Both the position numbers and the translations under genes were made by a program. DNA of 64,000 bases from Entomortierella parvispora E1425 (lineage: Eukaryota; Fungi; Mortierellomycota): the NCBI GenBank assembly GCA_020891255.1, contig BQFW01000001.1:2108001-2172000 (forward strand). The letters are read 5' to 3'. This document shows, in pieces, positions 34,012 to 45,587 of this stretch; the first letter of the stretch is position 1, and each line of letters begins with the position of its first letter. The notes beneath the pieces are model-generated. The model saw nothing but the letters and a program-made list of their open reading frames with translations. It was not told the origin of the DNA and did not search any database.

Positions 34012-37000
34012 CTACAGGAATGGTTCCTCCAGGTTTTCCTCGATTTGGTCCAAATACTCATCGTCTTCGTCCTCCTGATCCAAATCATCCTCGTATTCTA
34101 GCTCATCCTCCTCAGCATCCTCATATTCTCCCTGGTATTCTCCATCGTCCAGCTGCTGCTCATCCTGAACTTGGTCTCGACCGCGGTTTAAAAGTCTTCG
34201 AGTTCTCAATTCATCTTCTTCGTCATCGACCTCTTCCTCCTTCACAGGCACAAGATCATCCATGAGATCGCTCTTGGCGTGGAAGCTGCTGGGTCGGCTC
34301 GACGAAGATTGTGGAGGCGATGAGGAAAAGAAATACTTGGATGCTCTTGCTACATCCTCATCCGTCTGCATCAGACTGTCCAGGGGTGGAGGGGAGGGGA
34401 TGGAGACAGGTCGAACCACATCATGATCATGTTGGGTCGTAGCAAGTTTTGGTAAAGGATGGGCAAGAGGCAATGCACCGGGAGAGCTGGCGTTCATGTC
34501 AGGCGATGATGGCGTGGATGTGGGCGAGTGAGGAACAGGCGGCGTGTGGCTGCTGGTGCTACCACTTCGCACAGCACGGATCAGGCGAGTCGGGACGAGA
34601 GCCGAGAGCATCGAAGGCGAGCTTGCCTTTGCTTTTTTGGTCTCATCCTTCAGTTGCTGCTGTTGTCTTGGTTCTGAAATTGCGCGTTGATCACCGCCTT
34701 GACCATCTGCGGATGCACGATCCTGGTTCTCGTCGTCGCTGGTCCATGTATCGTTGCGGCCAAGTAGCGCTCCAGCGTAACTTCCTCGTTCATACGACAG
34801 GCGCTTGCTCTTGGTGTCCACCGCAGGACTAGTGGGCGACGATGGCTGGAGCAAACTGGAACTCGAATTAGAGTGGGTGAGGGAGGCTACCTTCTTAGCA
34901 ACATTCGTGGTGCTTAAGAGAAGAGAGCTCGAGGAGCTTCCTGTGTTATAGTTGTTGGCTGGCAGTGGCAGCTCTGGAAGATCAATCTTGGGCAAATCAG
35001 ACTTCCAGAAGTTCCAGTCGTTGAATTCAGGAGCTGCTCTCTCTCCAGGGAAAATTTCGTTAACCAAATCATTCAATGCGAGGTACCTGAAGGAGTCGAC
35101 AAGAAAATACATAATTAGCATTTGAATAGCCGCCATTATCCCTGGACGCGCAAAAAATGAGCAGTTCCACTTACGAAGACTTGAAGGCGCTCAACAACTC
35201 GAGTTTAACCTCGCCATAAGAGTCAATGGTGAAAATGCGAGAAGGAGGCACATTCACACTGCGATAGGAAAGGGCGTCTGTGATTCTGTTTCCGAATCCT
35301 GCATAGAAGGGGTTTCGGTCTCCAAAGAGCTTCTTGACATCGCGCAGACATGCCATCTTGAACACCTCGGGCTTACGGATGATGACTTCACGATGGAAAG
35401 CGGAGAACAACCGGTCGGGACTCATGATCACAGGTCCATCAGGCAACTGGTAGCTGTTTTGCTCAACCTTTTGCAGGTATTTGCGGGTGTAGTCGGCCTG
35501 GCCAATGGCTCGGGACGTGAGGTAGAGGATGTGATAGCCGTTGCTCCTGATATCGGTAAAAAGCTTAGCGACACCCAAGTGCGTCCAATCGCGGCCGGCC
35601 ATGGCGAAGATGTGTCCCAGAGCATCAGACTTTGTGATGGTGCCATCAATGTCAGAGATCACCACCTGAGAGTCGTGGTCCCACAAAAAGATTTTAGCCA
35701 CGCAGGTGGCGGTTCCCTGGTAGGATGATGTGACAGAGAATGAGACCGTGTTGGCTCCCTTGTTCAAGCCCAACGAACGAAGTTGATCAGAGGTCAGTCG
35801 CAATGTCTTGGCATAGCGCTTTTGCTCCGGCTGATCCACAGGCATCTTCTCTGATGAGACCGGAACAGGCAAATGAGGGTGAGCATGCTCGTCGGTCACG
35901 GTCGTTTCGGGAGGAGGTAACGACTTGCTGCGAAGAGCCTTGTTGACAGGGCGGGCAAGTTCATCTTCAGGGTCGACGGCAACGGCATCAGTCTCGGCAG
36001 TTGTAGCAAGAGCGGGGTTGGCTGTAGATGTTGAATCTGTCACAGGAGCCTTTCTGAACCAACGCGAGATTGTACCAAATCGAGTCGAGCTGGGCCTATC
36101 CTCGGCCGCTAAAGATTTTTGGTCCTTGAAGTCCTGAGCAGAGGTGGCATCTGACAGAGGCTGGTGGAAAAAGAGGAGGGCGGCCAGCTGAGGGACAGCG
36201 TTCGACCACGTGTAGAATCTTCCATCGATGTAGCAGACAAGTCGCTTGTCTGCAAGGATGGTAGCAGGATCCTTTGAAAAAGCCTCAAATGTCAACTGCG
36301 CATCTCGGAAAGCCTTGTGTCCAGCAACCTAAAAAGTAGAACAAGGCAACCATGTTAGAAATATGCCACGCTGTGATACCAATCGCACACACAAATATGC
36401 TTGATCTTACAAGGTCCTTTCCAAAATCGTCCTCGCCACAAAGACTCATGGCCACAGCGCACTTTGTAGAGCCCATTTGGAACTCTCTGGTTTCGATCTC
36501 AACAGGGACCTCTGGAATAGCAGGTTTGGCTTCCTCTTCTCTGACCTCGTCATCTTCGTCTGGGTTCGTCTGCTTAACAGGGAGGGTACCCCATCCCCAG
36601 GTCCATTCCTTCCCTTGGTTGGTAGGGCGCTCGTTTGCTTCATACTAAATTAATAAACATTTCGAGTGTTAGTTGCATGTGGTCTAATGGGTGATAAAAG
36701 ACGAGTCTAGTTCAACATCTTGTTCATCCTACCTCCATCTCAGTGTCACTCATGACATTTGGTCGTTGCGACCTCTTGGGATTTGACTCGGGAGCAGTGG
36801 CATTGTTGGTTTGTGCAGCATGACGTTGGGCAGGCAAATGCTCAAATGTTGGAAGAGGGGCATCTGAAGGTGGAAAGGTCAGCCCAACATAATTTAGGTC
36901 AGTATTTTCGTCCCACCAAAACAGATCAGGTCAATGCGGTTATTTCTAGGTCGATGTTTACCTGGTTCACCAATCGCTGGCATACTGTTGGCTCGCTTTC

Positions 37001-38713
37001 TGCCTTTCCGTCCTTGCCAAGGGTTAGGAATACCAGCACGTTTCTTTCTCCTTTGGCTACGGGAGGCTGGAGTGGTGATGTCAAAGTTGTGTTAGCGATG
37101 AACAATGTAGGCATGTCTCACCATTTCATTGTTGATTGATAGTTAACTCATACCTTGACGCTCCAACTGTGAACCAATCGGTGTCTCCTCAGGCTTTGCA
37201 AAAATGCCTTGCTTGATATCCTCCAAAAGTTGTTGGCGCTGCTCTTTGGTGAGATGGGACTTTGTACGGCCAAACTTTTTGCGGAGACCACGATGGTGGC
37301 GCTCACTATCCGAAAGGATTCCCCTTGGAAGATCCTCGTCATCTGATGATTCTGAGCAAGAATCCGTCTTATAGCCAGTCATATCGAAGAGCACCTCTAG
37401 AGTATCAGCAGAGTTGTTTGTTAGCAAGGACGAGCCTGCAAAGTGACACTCAGCCTCATTTGTACAATGGGTGCTCCCACATACCACTTTTGCGACGACC
37501 AGATCTTGGGCTCTGATCAACACCGAGGTTGTCCCCATTGGTGCCATTTGGCAATTCCTCTCGCATGACTGTTGGAAAGATCGAGTTCACAGGGAACTTT
37601 GCAATGTCGTCGTTTGTAGGTCCAGCCTTGGTGTCAACTGCATTGGGTATCTGTTGGGTTTGATCCTGGGACTGTGGCAGAGAGGGCAGGGGTGATGCTG
37701 GCTCCTGGAGCAAGGATACATGTGATTGACCAAAGGAGCCAGGCATGTCCTGCATCATGTCCTGAGCGGCGCCGTCATTGATTCGTCCTGGAGGGGGTGA
37801 GCTTGCGGAAAAGATGGACTCTCGGTCGCTGTCGTCCTTTAAGCTTTCCTCAAAGGCAGAGCCATGGCCACTGGCGGCGCTCACATACCCATTATCGAGC
37901 AGAGCATCTATAGATAGCGTGTGCACATGGCTTGAGGTTAATACCGCATAAATAAGAGGACAAGGGAAGAGGGAAAAGAGGTCAACGTGTATTGAAACTC
38001 TTTCTTTCACAAGATCAGGGAAGATATCTCGATCAACAATCATATGTAAGAAAAGAGGAACAAAAAAGAAACGAACGGGCCAAGCTGGATCTGAAAAAAA
38101 ATTGAAAGTGGGAAAATCGTTCGATTCTGCTGACGACGAGTCCCGCTTTGACATATGTCAAACACAGCAGCTGGACTCGTCCAATGCCCGGGCTTTTGAT
38201 TACCGCGATATGCGTAATTGAAAATGAACGATCGAACAATAATAATATCCTTTGTCAGCGTGTACCTTCGTCCGCCTGTGTGAGGCCGTTGGCGCCCTGC
38301 AGCTGCTGTTGCTGTTTCTGTTGCTGTTGCAGCTGACCTGGACCATGGAGATGACCATTGAGATCAAAGTAGTCGACCGGGGCCAGTTCTGATTCGTCGC
38401 TGGGTCCGGCAATGGGCGAGGTCGCAAACTCATCCGGAACGTAGTCGTCCGTCTCGAGGACAAAGAAGGCCTCTCCAGCATCACCAACTTTCATAGGAAA
38501 GGCAATGACCTGGCCATTCACTCTGACTTCAACAACCTTTTCTTGCGGTCGAAGGACGCTCAACTTTCCAAAGCGGACATGGAAGGGCGAGCAAGCGAGA
38601 TCTCCATTGGCTTGCTGCACAACAATGATGTCGATGGCACCCGAGAGCGTGGCCGGGTTGATTTCATTGTAGAATTTTGTAACGGTCGAGAAGAAGTTCC
38701 CGACAGAATACAT
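34012..38713 (-). CDS. PAH1: Lipin/Mg2+-dependent phosphatidate phosphatase, 1270 aa. Exons 38713-38266, 37907-37485, 37396-37154, 37066-36962, 36863-36733, 36644-36411, 36328-35175, 35086-34012
   Basis: N-LIP (NEINPATLSGAIDIIVV, CSPFHVRFGK, MKVGDAGEAFFV), WTWGWGTLP, C-LIP with HAD motif ISDIDGTITKSD, YLTSRAIGQA, FYAGFGNRITDALSY, WNFWK. Seven introns give a 3813-nt open frame. Confidence 0.97.
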
Positions 38714-39147
38714 GATGTCGGTTCTTTAGAGGGGGAAAAGTGTGGGGTGGCACAAGAAGACCGAAAAAAAAAGAAAAGAAAAAAAGAAAAAAACAAGGAA
38801 GAGACAAAAACCAAAATTGAGAGAGGAGAAGGAGATGCACGCTTCGCAGTAATGAGAGCACCCGCGTGGAAATAGAGGGAAGGAAATGAGATGGATGGAT
38901 GAACGGATGGATGGATGGGACAAGAGAGAGGTGATGAGAGAGGTCAATAAGATGCTGCAGACAAAAATTTACAGCGGCCTTCTGGCTGCACTCTCACTCT
39001 GCGTCCCACTCTGGCGTGTCGTCCAAACGGTCTTTGCGCCACCAAAACGGGACTGCCTTGTCTTTCGGGAATGATGGCTTCAGAACGATGCGAATTATTT
39101 ATTTTTGGGTATTGTACAAGAACAGGTATTGATATATAACAGATGGT

Positions 39148-40594
39148 CTATGCAGAGACTGCCGCCTCCAGTTCAACAGATTCGGTATTGGGAACAATAG
39201 CTGCCTCCTCCGCTACTATTGAAAGAGCCTCCACGATATCAGAAACAGCTTCGTCTGCAGCTGGCATGGAGGGCTCGGCAGATGTTTCTTGTTCTGTCTC
39301 TTGCTCGGTTTCTTGCTCGGTTGTCTCTGTCTCCGCAACAGTGTTATATGAAGGTGGAAGTGGAGGAGCTTCCGCTCTCGAGAGTGGGATATAAGGAGGG
39401 GGGCCGCTACTTCGCAACCGATAGAGTCCTGGGGGATGCACTCCGAGCAATTGATTAGCGCTGCCATCGTGACCGCCATCATCACTCGTCCGAGGACTGG
39501 CAGCATTGGATCCCAAAGTCAATGTTGGGATAGCCGCCATATTCTGAGTCGCCTCTGTCGTGGTCGGGTTACGGGAAGGGGATGTCGATCGGGATGCAGT
39601 GGGCGACGTTGGTGTAGAAGACGCCGGAGTGTTAGATCGACTGGATCTTGAGGAGCGAGAGTTACGATTGCTGCGGGAACCGCGGAGGCTCAGAAGGATT
39701 GAGAAATGGCGTCCCCCAGGAAACGAGTGGGTCGCTGACTGGGTTGGGGTATGCTCTACATTCGAGACAGCAAGATCATGCACCGCGGTATGTGATTCTG
39801 GGATATCAACAATATGGGCAGCAGCGGGTTCGGTTGGTGACACCACTCCGAGAGCTCCCTGTCCTTCGGAAGGACTTGAATGAGAGAAAGTAACTGCGCT
39901 CTCATCAGGAAGGCCTTCCAGAGCGTGTCCCAGAGCTGTTGTAGTAGTTGTGGTTGTGGTTGTGGTAGTTGTGGTAGTAGTTGTGAGGAGGTGTCTAAAC
40001 GGGTCCTGAGGATCTACAAGTTCCTGGTTGAAGAGTCTCTGCTGTCGACCAAGGATGGCGAGGTGTTGGATCAAGCCCTGCTGCTGGGTGCTCAGGTGGG
40101 CCGGGTCTGGGTAGATGATTGCAACGCCAGTGTCTGCGTAGGGCTGGTCAAGCATGTAACAGCGGTACTGAGGTGGGCCGTCTATATGCAAAAGAAGCAA
40201 GGGAGAAAAGTTGTTGTTGATCAGACCTACTGTGTCACGAAAAAGCAACCTGTTCACTGCGCATGCCGAGGGACAAATTTTTGTTACCTTCATCCGTTTC
40301 TGCTCGCCAGGTCGAGTTGGCCCTTTGTTCAGTCTCGGCCATCTCTGGATCGCGGCCTCTCTGAACGTATCGGTGCCTGCGTGTGAGATAGACGGCGTAA
40401 AACGCCGCGACTAGGAGGACGAGGCAGCCGAGAAAGTAGAATACACTTCGAAGAGTCTTCACGCTTGACTCATCTTCATTGGAGCCACCCCAATACGGGT
40501 TTCCGGCAGCAGGTGGTGGTGAAGCCGTTGGACTTGAGAATGAAGAGTTGGCAGATGTCACCGTGGCAGTTGTTGTCAATATTGGGAAAGACAT
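39148..40594 (-). CDS. Second single-pass membrane protein with PPxY motifs (Rcr-like Rsp5 adaptor), 446 aa. Exons 40594-40288, 40181-39148
   Basis: S/T-rich N-terminus, TM VFYFLGCLVLLVAAFYAVYL, RRHR, then PPQY, PPPY and LPPSY. The phase-1 GT-AG intron restores the frame. Confidence 0.8.
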
Positions 40595-40776
40595 GTTTCA
40601 TAAAATACAGATCGGGGATCAGTTGGACTGTTGGTGTCAATACGGTGAGGCTCTGCGAGAGGAGCATTCGCCGGGCGATTGTGTGGTTTGGAGAGAAAGA
40701 GACGTATTAAGAGTGGGGAGGGTTAGGAGGAAAGACGAGTCAAAACAAGAAGAGGGGAGGAAGGACAGGTAGACCC

Positions 40777-40784
40777 TTTATATA
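40777..40784 (-). promoter_or_regulatory. TATA box of the second PPxY gene
   Basis: TATATAAA(GGG) on the minus strand about 185 nt upstream of ATG 40594. Confidence 0.55.
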
Positions 40785-41140
40785 ACACGCTCGAACCTAC
40801 CGCCAGCAGGTCGGTACCAATGGGTCATCTCTATCCGATGCTTTCAACATATCAGCCACAGGTACCAATCGTGGCAGAGGTAACAAGACTCAGCACAAAC
40901 AGCGCAACTCTATGTGGCCCGGACATGTCATTGCGCGGGCCAACAGGCCAGATGACGCTGTCTGAATGCAAAAAAAAAAAATGGCTGGCCTGGAAAAACC
41001 AAAATCTACCTCTAACTTTCAAATTCGGGTTTACTTGTCCCGGGGGAAACCAACCGTGCCCTGTTCCTCGCTTGATCCTGTTTCTTCCTTCCTGTTTTTT
41101 TCTGGCAACACGTTCGCCAGGGGGTATCAATCACAAAAAT

Positions 41141-41145
41141 GCAAC

Positions 41146-41178
<33 letters not shown>

Positions 41179-41212
41179 TCAACAGCAACATCAACAGCGT
41201 CAGCATCAGCAA
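41141..41212. repeat. (CAACAG)n hexamer microsatellite, intergenic
   Basis: gcaacacagcaacagcaacagcaacagcaacagcaacatcaacagcaacatcaacagc. Confidence 0.9.
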
Positions 41213-41825
41213 ATCGACAACACTTGTCGCCAGTGAGCCACATCCACGCGGGCTTCCAACACTGATTTATCTGAGAGGCAAAGCTATGAGTGTCGGAAGG
41301 AACGTTACTACGTAATGGTTCATCCTGTAGTCGGCAGGCTTGAATTGCAGAGCACCAGTGCTACGAATGTGGCATCTCTGTTCACATGGACTATTCCGGT
41401 TTGAAGAGCACAAGGTTCGGGATGAGACCGTGTAGCATGCTGCCAGAAGGGAGCACACGACCTGGAGAACGTGCTGGTCAATCGCAGAGGGCGGGCACTT
41501 TTTGTAAAAATATTGGACCCTTCAGTCCTGAGTTGAAAGGGACTCCGCGGCTGAATAGAAAAAAGGCGCACTTCTGCAAAGTAGGTAAACCGAATCGGTA
41601 GAGACCGCGTCGAGATAAGTTCCTCGCCTCTAGTATTGCACTTACTCACTACCACACACCCGAGTTCCTCTACATTGGCGTAAATAACGCGCTGCTGTAG
41701 TTGGTCATAACTGCCCATTGCTCTAAGTATTAGATACAGAGACAACAATTGGCAGCTCATATCTTTGTTGTTAAAAAATATGTTTAATGTTCTTGTTCTC
41801 GCCTCTCATAACAGCCTAGAGATAT

Positions 41826-42582
41826 TTATGCCTCCCAGGCCTTCTTGACCAACTCGGTCAAGCCAATATCCGTGGTGTTGAACTGGTAGCATCCGACCAA
41901 GACCAAGACGGTAGCACCGCGAAGAGTCCAGCTAATGGCCTTGTTTCCGAAAACACCAACCTTGCCAGGGTGAAGATAATCAGTAACCATGGCATCCCAT
42001 CCAATGTGTGCGTGGATTGGGACAACAACGCCCAAAAGACCGTCGGTGATGGGGTGAGCTCCGTTCATGGCCGAGGCAGCGAAGAGGGGAATCATGGAAA
42101 CTGACAACAGACGCTCGAAATCCCAGTGGTAAGAGCCGTGAACTTGGTTGGGGACCTGGGACTTGTAGACGGGTGCCTTGTACACATCAGTCACGTCGGC
42201 AGAGGTCTGGCCAGAGGCAGCAGCAGCATTGCGCGCTAAAACAATATAAACATGTACACTGATTAGATGCCGGAAGAAAATATCCAATTAAGACGATAGT
42301 GGTGTTTCCTGAAGTAACATGGACGCGTCGATTGCTGGGTTGTGCCTGAGAGGTCATCGAGCCTCAACCCTAGGTCAAATCAACCGATCCTTGTCATTGG
42401 CAAATGAGGCAAAATCCGGGGTAATTTGAAGATGAGCGAGTTGGGGGAACAGGGGTTTAATTACAAGCATGGAAGTAGACGCGGCCGTTAAGAGACGACG
42501 ATGAGCGCAAGGCAGCAGCCAAGCGGATGGAGGGGGAGGAGCGGCTCATGGCCAAAGGGGAAGCAGCGAGACGGAGAGCCAT
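41826..42582 (-). CDS. SDH4: Succinate dehydrogenase cytochrome b small subunit (CybS; Sdh4/Tim18 family), 175 aa. Exons 42582-42465, 42235-41826
   Basis: R/S/A-rich presequence, HGSYHWDFERLLS, IHAHIGWDAMVTDYLH, YQFNTTDIGLTELVKKAW. Confidence 0.93.
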
Positions 42583-42890
42583 TGTGATCGGCGTGATGTA
42601 AGGAAGAGGGGAGAGTGGGTGCAATGGAGATGGATGTGCCGAACGACGAACAAGGAAGGCCGAAGGATGTTGTTCCGAGCACACACACGTTTCACGTGAC
42701 AGCTCTTCCTCCGAGATCTGCAGTAATTGCGATAAGAAACATCTTCGGTGATTCTTCCTCCCCTCCGAAAGGTCGGAAATTCGGAGGGGACGGCTGCCCT
42801 TGCTCGCCCACACGGCCCTGGTTCGAGTATAACTCGCCATCTTTGTTTGATTGATTCGAATCTCTCATCCTCATCCCATCTTCCTCCCCC

Positions 42891-45018
42891 ATGGCATCTG
42901 CTCTCTTGTCCAACGCCTTCAAGGCCAGCCGCTTCAACTTGGCTCGCCAGGTAAGCACCCCTTCTCCAAGTCCCCGTCAACAGCCCTTTTCGCTCGCGGT
43001 CGCCTTCCTTTTCTCCAGATCCACCCAGGACCAACCAACACCTACGACTCGGGATTAATCGCGGAAATGTCAATGCCGAACACGGTCAAGCGTGCATTAG
43101 CCCGGACTTGATGGAAAGCGTCATCGTGCTGTCCCTGCTTTGGACTTTTTCATCCATCAACAAGAGGCAGTGTCATATGCGCCTTGACGGATCACGACAT
43201 CCGACTCTGTCAATCGTCGCCAATCGCGGACGGAGGGCCAGATCGGGCGCCTCCTTGCGTGGGCTCCGACACAATCGTCCCGATCATTACCTTGACAGCC
43301 AATGGAACTTTGATCCTTGCCATGTACTCATACTCATATTCACATCTTTCAATAGGCTATCCGCCCTCTTGCCACCGCTGCTGCGACCCATGCCTCCGGC
43401 ACCCGTATCACCAACCTCAAGAACGGTTTGACCATCGCCACCGAGTCTAACCCTTCGGCCCAGACCGCCACCGTCGGTGTCTTCATCGATGCTGGTTCCC
43501 GTGCCGAGAACGCCAAGAACAACGGCGCTGCTCACTTCTTGGAGCATATGGCTTTCAAGGTAATTGGATGGAACGACACCTTCAGGAGAGCAAAGGACAC
43601 GTCTCGCGTGGAAAGGGAGCTCAAGGATGGACAATGTTGGCAGGAATAGCCCATCAGCGCTAGCTTTTATATGGAGCGCTGCTCTTGTAGAGCGCATGTT
43701 TTTGCAGGAGGTGTGTAAGGCAGTGCACCACATGGAGAATCTAACCATCAATTGACCATTATTATTGGATAGGGTACCAACACCCGTGGCCAGCACGACC
43801 TTGAGATCCAGATTGAGAACATGGGCGCTCACTTGAACGCCTACACTTCGCGTGAGCAGACTGTCTACTACGCCAAGTCCTTCAAGTCCGACATCCCCAA
43901 GTCGGTTGAGGTTCTCTCTGATATCCTCCAGAACTCTACCTTGAACAACGAGGCTATTGAGCGCGAGCGCGATGTCATCCTCCGCGAGCAGCAGGAGGTT
44001 GACAAGCAGATGGAGGAGGTTGTCTTCGATCACTTGCACGCCACCGCCTTCCAGGGTATGTGCTGTTTTGGACTCTTTGAGGCTGAGGCGTGGGGTTCCG
44101 ATTTTGATTCTAACCCATTGTCTATGGATGATACTACTGTATTTAGGTGATGCTCTTGGTCGCACTATCTTGGGGCCCAAGGAGAACATCAAGTCTTTGA
44201 CCCGCGATGACCTTGCCAACTACATCAAGACCAACTACACCGCTGACCGTATGGTCCTCGTCGGTGCTGGTGGTGTTGACCACGATGCCTTGGTTTCCTT
44301 GGCCGAGAAGCACTTCAGCAAGCTCCCCGTCTCTGCCAACCCCACTGGATTGGGCAAGACCTACGCTTTCCCCCCCAACTTCACTGGATCTGAGATCCGT
44401 CTTCAGGACGATACCATGGCCCAGGCTCACATTGCCATCGCTGTTGAGGGATGCGGCTGGACCTCCCCCGATTACTATACCATGCTCGTGATGCAGTCCA
44501 TTATCGGCACCTGGGACCGCTCCCTCGGCGCCTCCGCCAACACCTCCTCCAGATTGTCTAGCATCGTTCACCAGAACAAGTTGGCCAACTCCTTCATGTC
44601 CTTCAACACCTCCTACACTGACACGGGTCTCTTCGGTATCTACTTCATCACCGAGAACAAGGACTGCCAGGATGATTTGGTCCACTTTGCCCAGAAGGAG
44701 TGGGCTCGCTTGACCACTTCTGTCACTTCTGCTGAGGTTGAGCGTGCCAAGCAGCAGCTCAAGTCTTCTCTCCTCTTGAGCCTCGATGGCACCACCGCCA
44801 TTGCTGAGGATATTGGTCGCCAGATGGTCACCATGGGCAAGCGCACCTCTCCCCAGGAGGTTGAGCAGTTGATCAACCAGATCACCGCCGCTGATGTCCA
44901 CCGTGTTGCCTCCCAGTACCTCTGGGACCGCGAGATTGCCATGGTCGGCATTGGCCCCATCGAGTGCTTGCCCGACTATGCCCGCGTTCGTGGCAACATG
45001 TCCTGGAACAGATTCTAA
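42891..45018 (+). CDS. MAS1: Mitochondrial processing peptidase beta subunit (M16; may also serve as complex III core 1), 472 aa. Exons 42891-42950, 43356-43559, 43773-44055, 44147-45018
   Basis: [15 protein letters not shown], zinc motif [11 protein letters not shown] (HxxEH), [57 protein letters not shown]. Strong codon bias. Confidence 0.97.
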
Positions 45019-45587
45019 GTCATTCGCCACTCGCCACCCAATCCTCCTCCCCACTTTTATTATCCCGACTCACCAACCCGTAGTAACATCTTTTAAGTCA
45101 AAAAAGCCCCGCGCATAACTCCATGCAAGCATAACGATAGCGATAGATAGAGAGCCAGCTGAGATCCTGTCAGACAAGACGCTGTTGTCTACTCTGCCAT
45201 TAAATTTCAATTTTTCCCCAGAACTCTTCCTTGAATGTCCTTGGTACTGTGTCGATGCTTCCCCCCCCCCCCTGCTGCAGTCCTTCCGTTGGATCGAACA
45301 GAGTCCTCCAGAGTGGGAGAACCCGGCGGGGATACGAATTTTTTGAAATCTGATCTCAGGCACTTCTGGGGATGAGGCGGCTAAGCCACCGCAGTCTGTT
45401 TGAAAGAGGAACGACCCGTCGCCGTTTTGCATGCACGACATCGACCTACAATCTTCATCAGTCAGGACTCCTTCTTTGACCCCATTCCCACCATCCTCAC
45501 TCTCATCCCTCAAAAGGCCAACCCTGCAGTCTCTCATTCCCATTTTTCTATCGTATCCTCTGTCTCCAAAGTAATGGAACCAAGGTC

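Noticed and set aside
40820-41760. ORFs around the (CAACAG)n repeat (poly-Q peptide) and the 146-aa minus ORF
   Set aside because: No domain, no coding-like composition outside the microsatellite, and no convincing splice structure; treated as intergenic.
44143-45054. 303-aa minus-strand ORF opposite MPP-beta (similarly 59685-60821 opposite the chitin synthase and 43287-44219)
   Set aside because: Antisense shadows of strongly codon-biased genes, with no motifs of their own.
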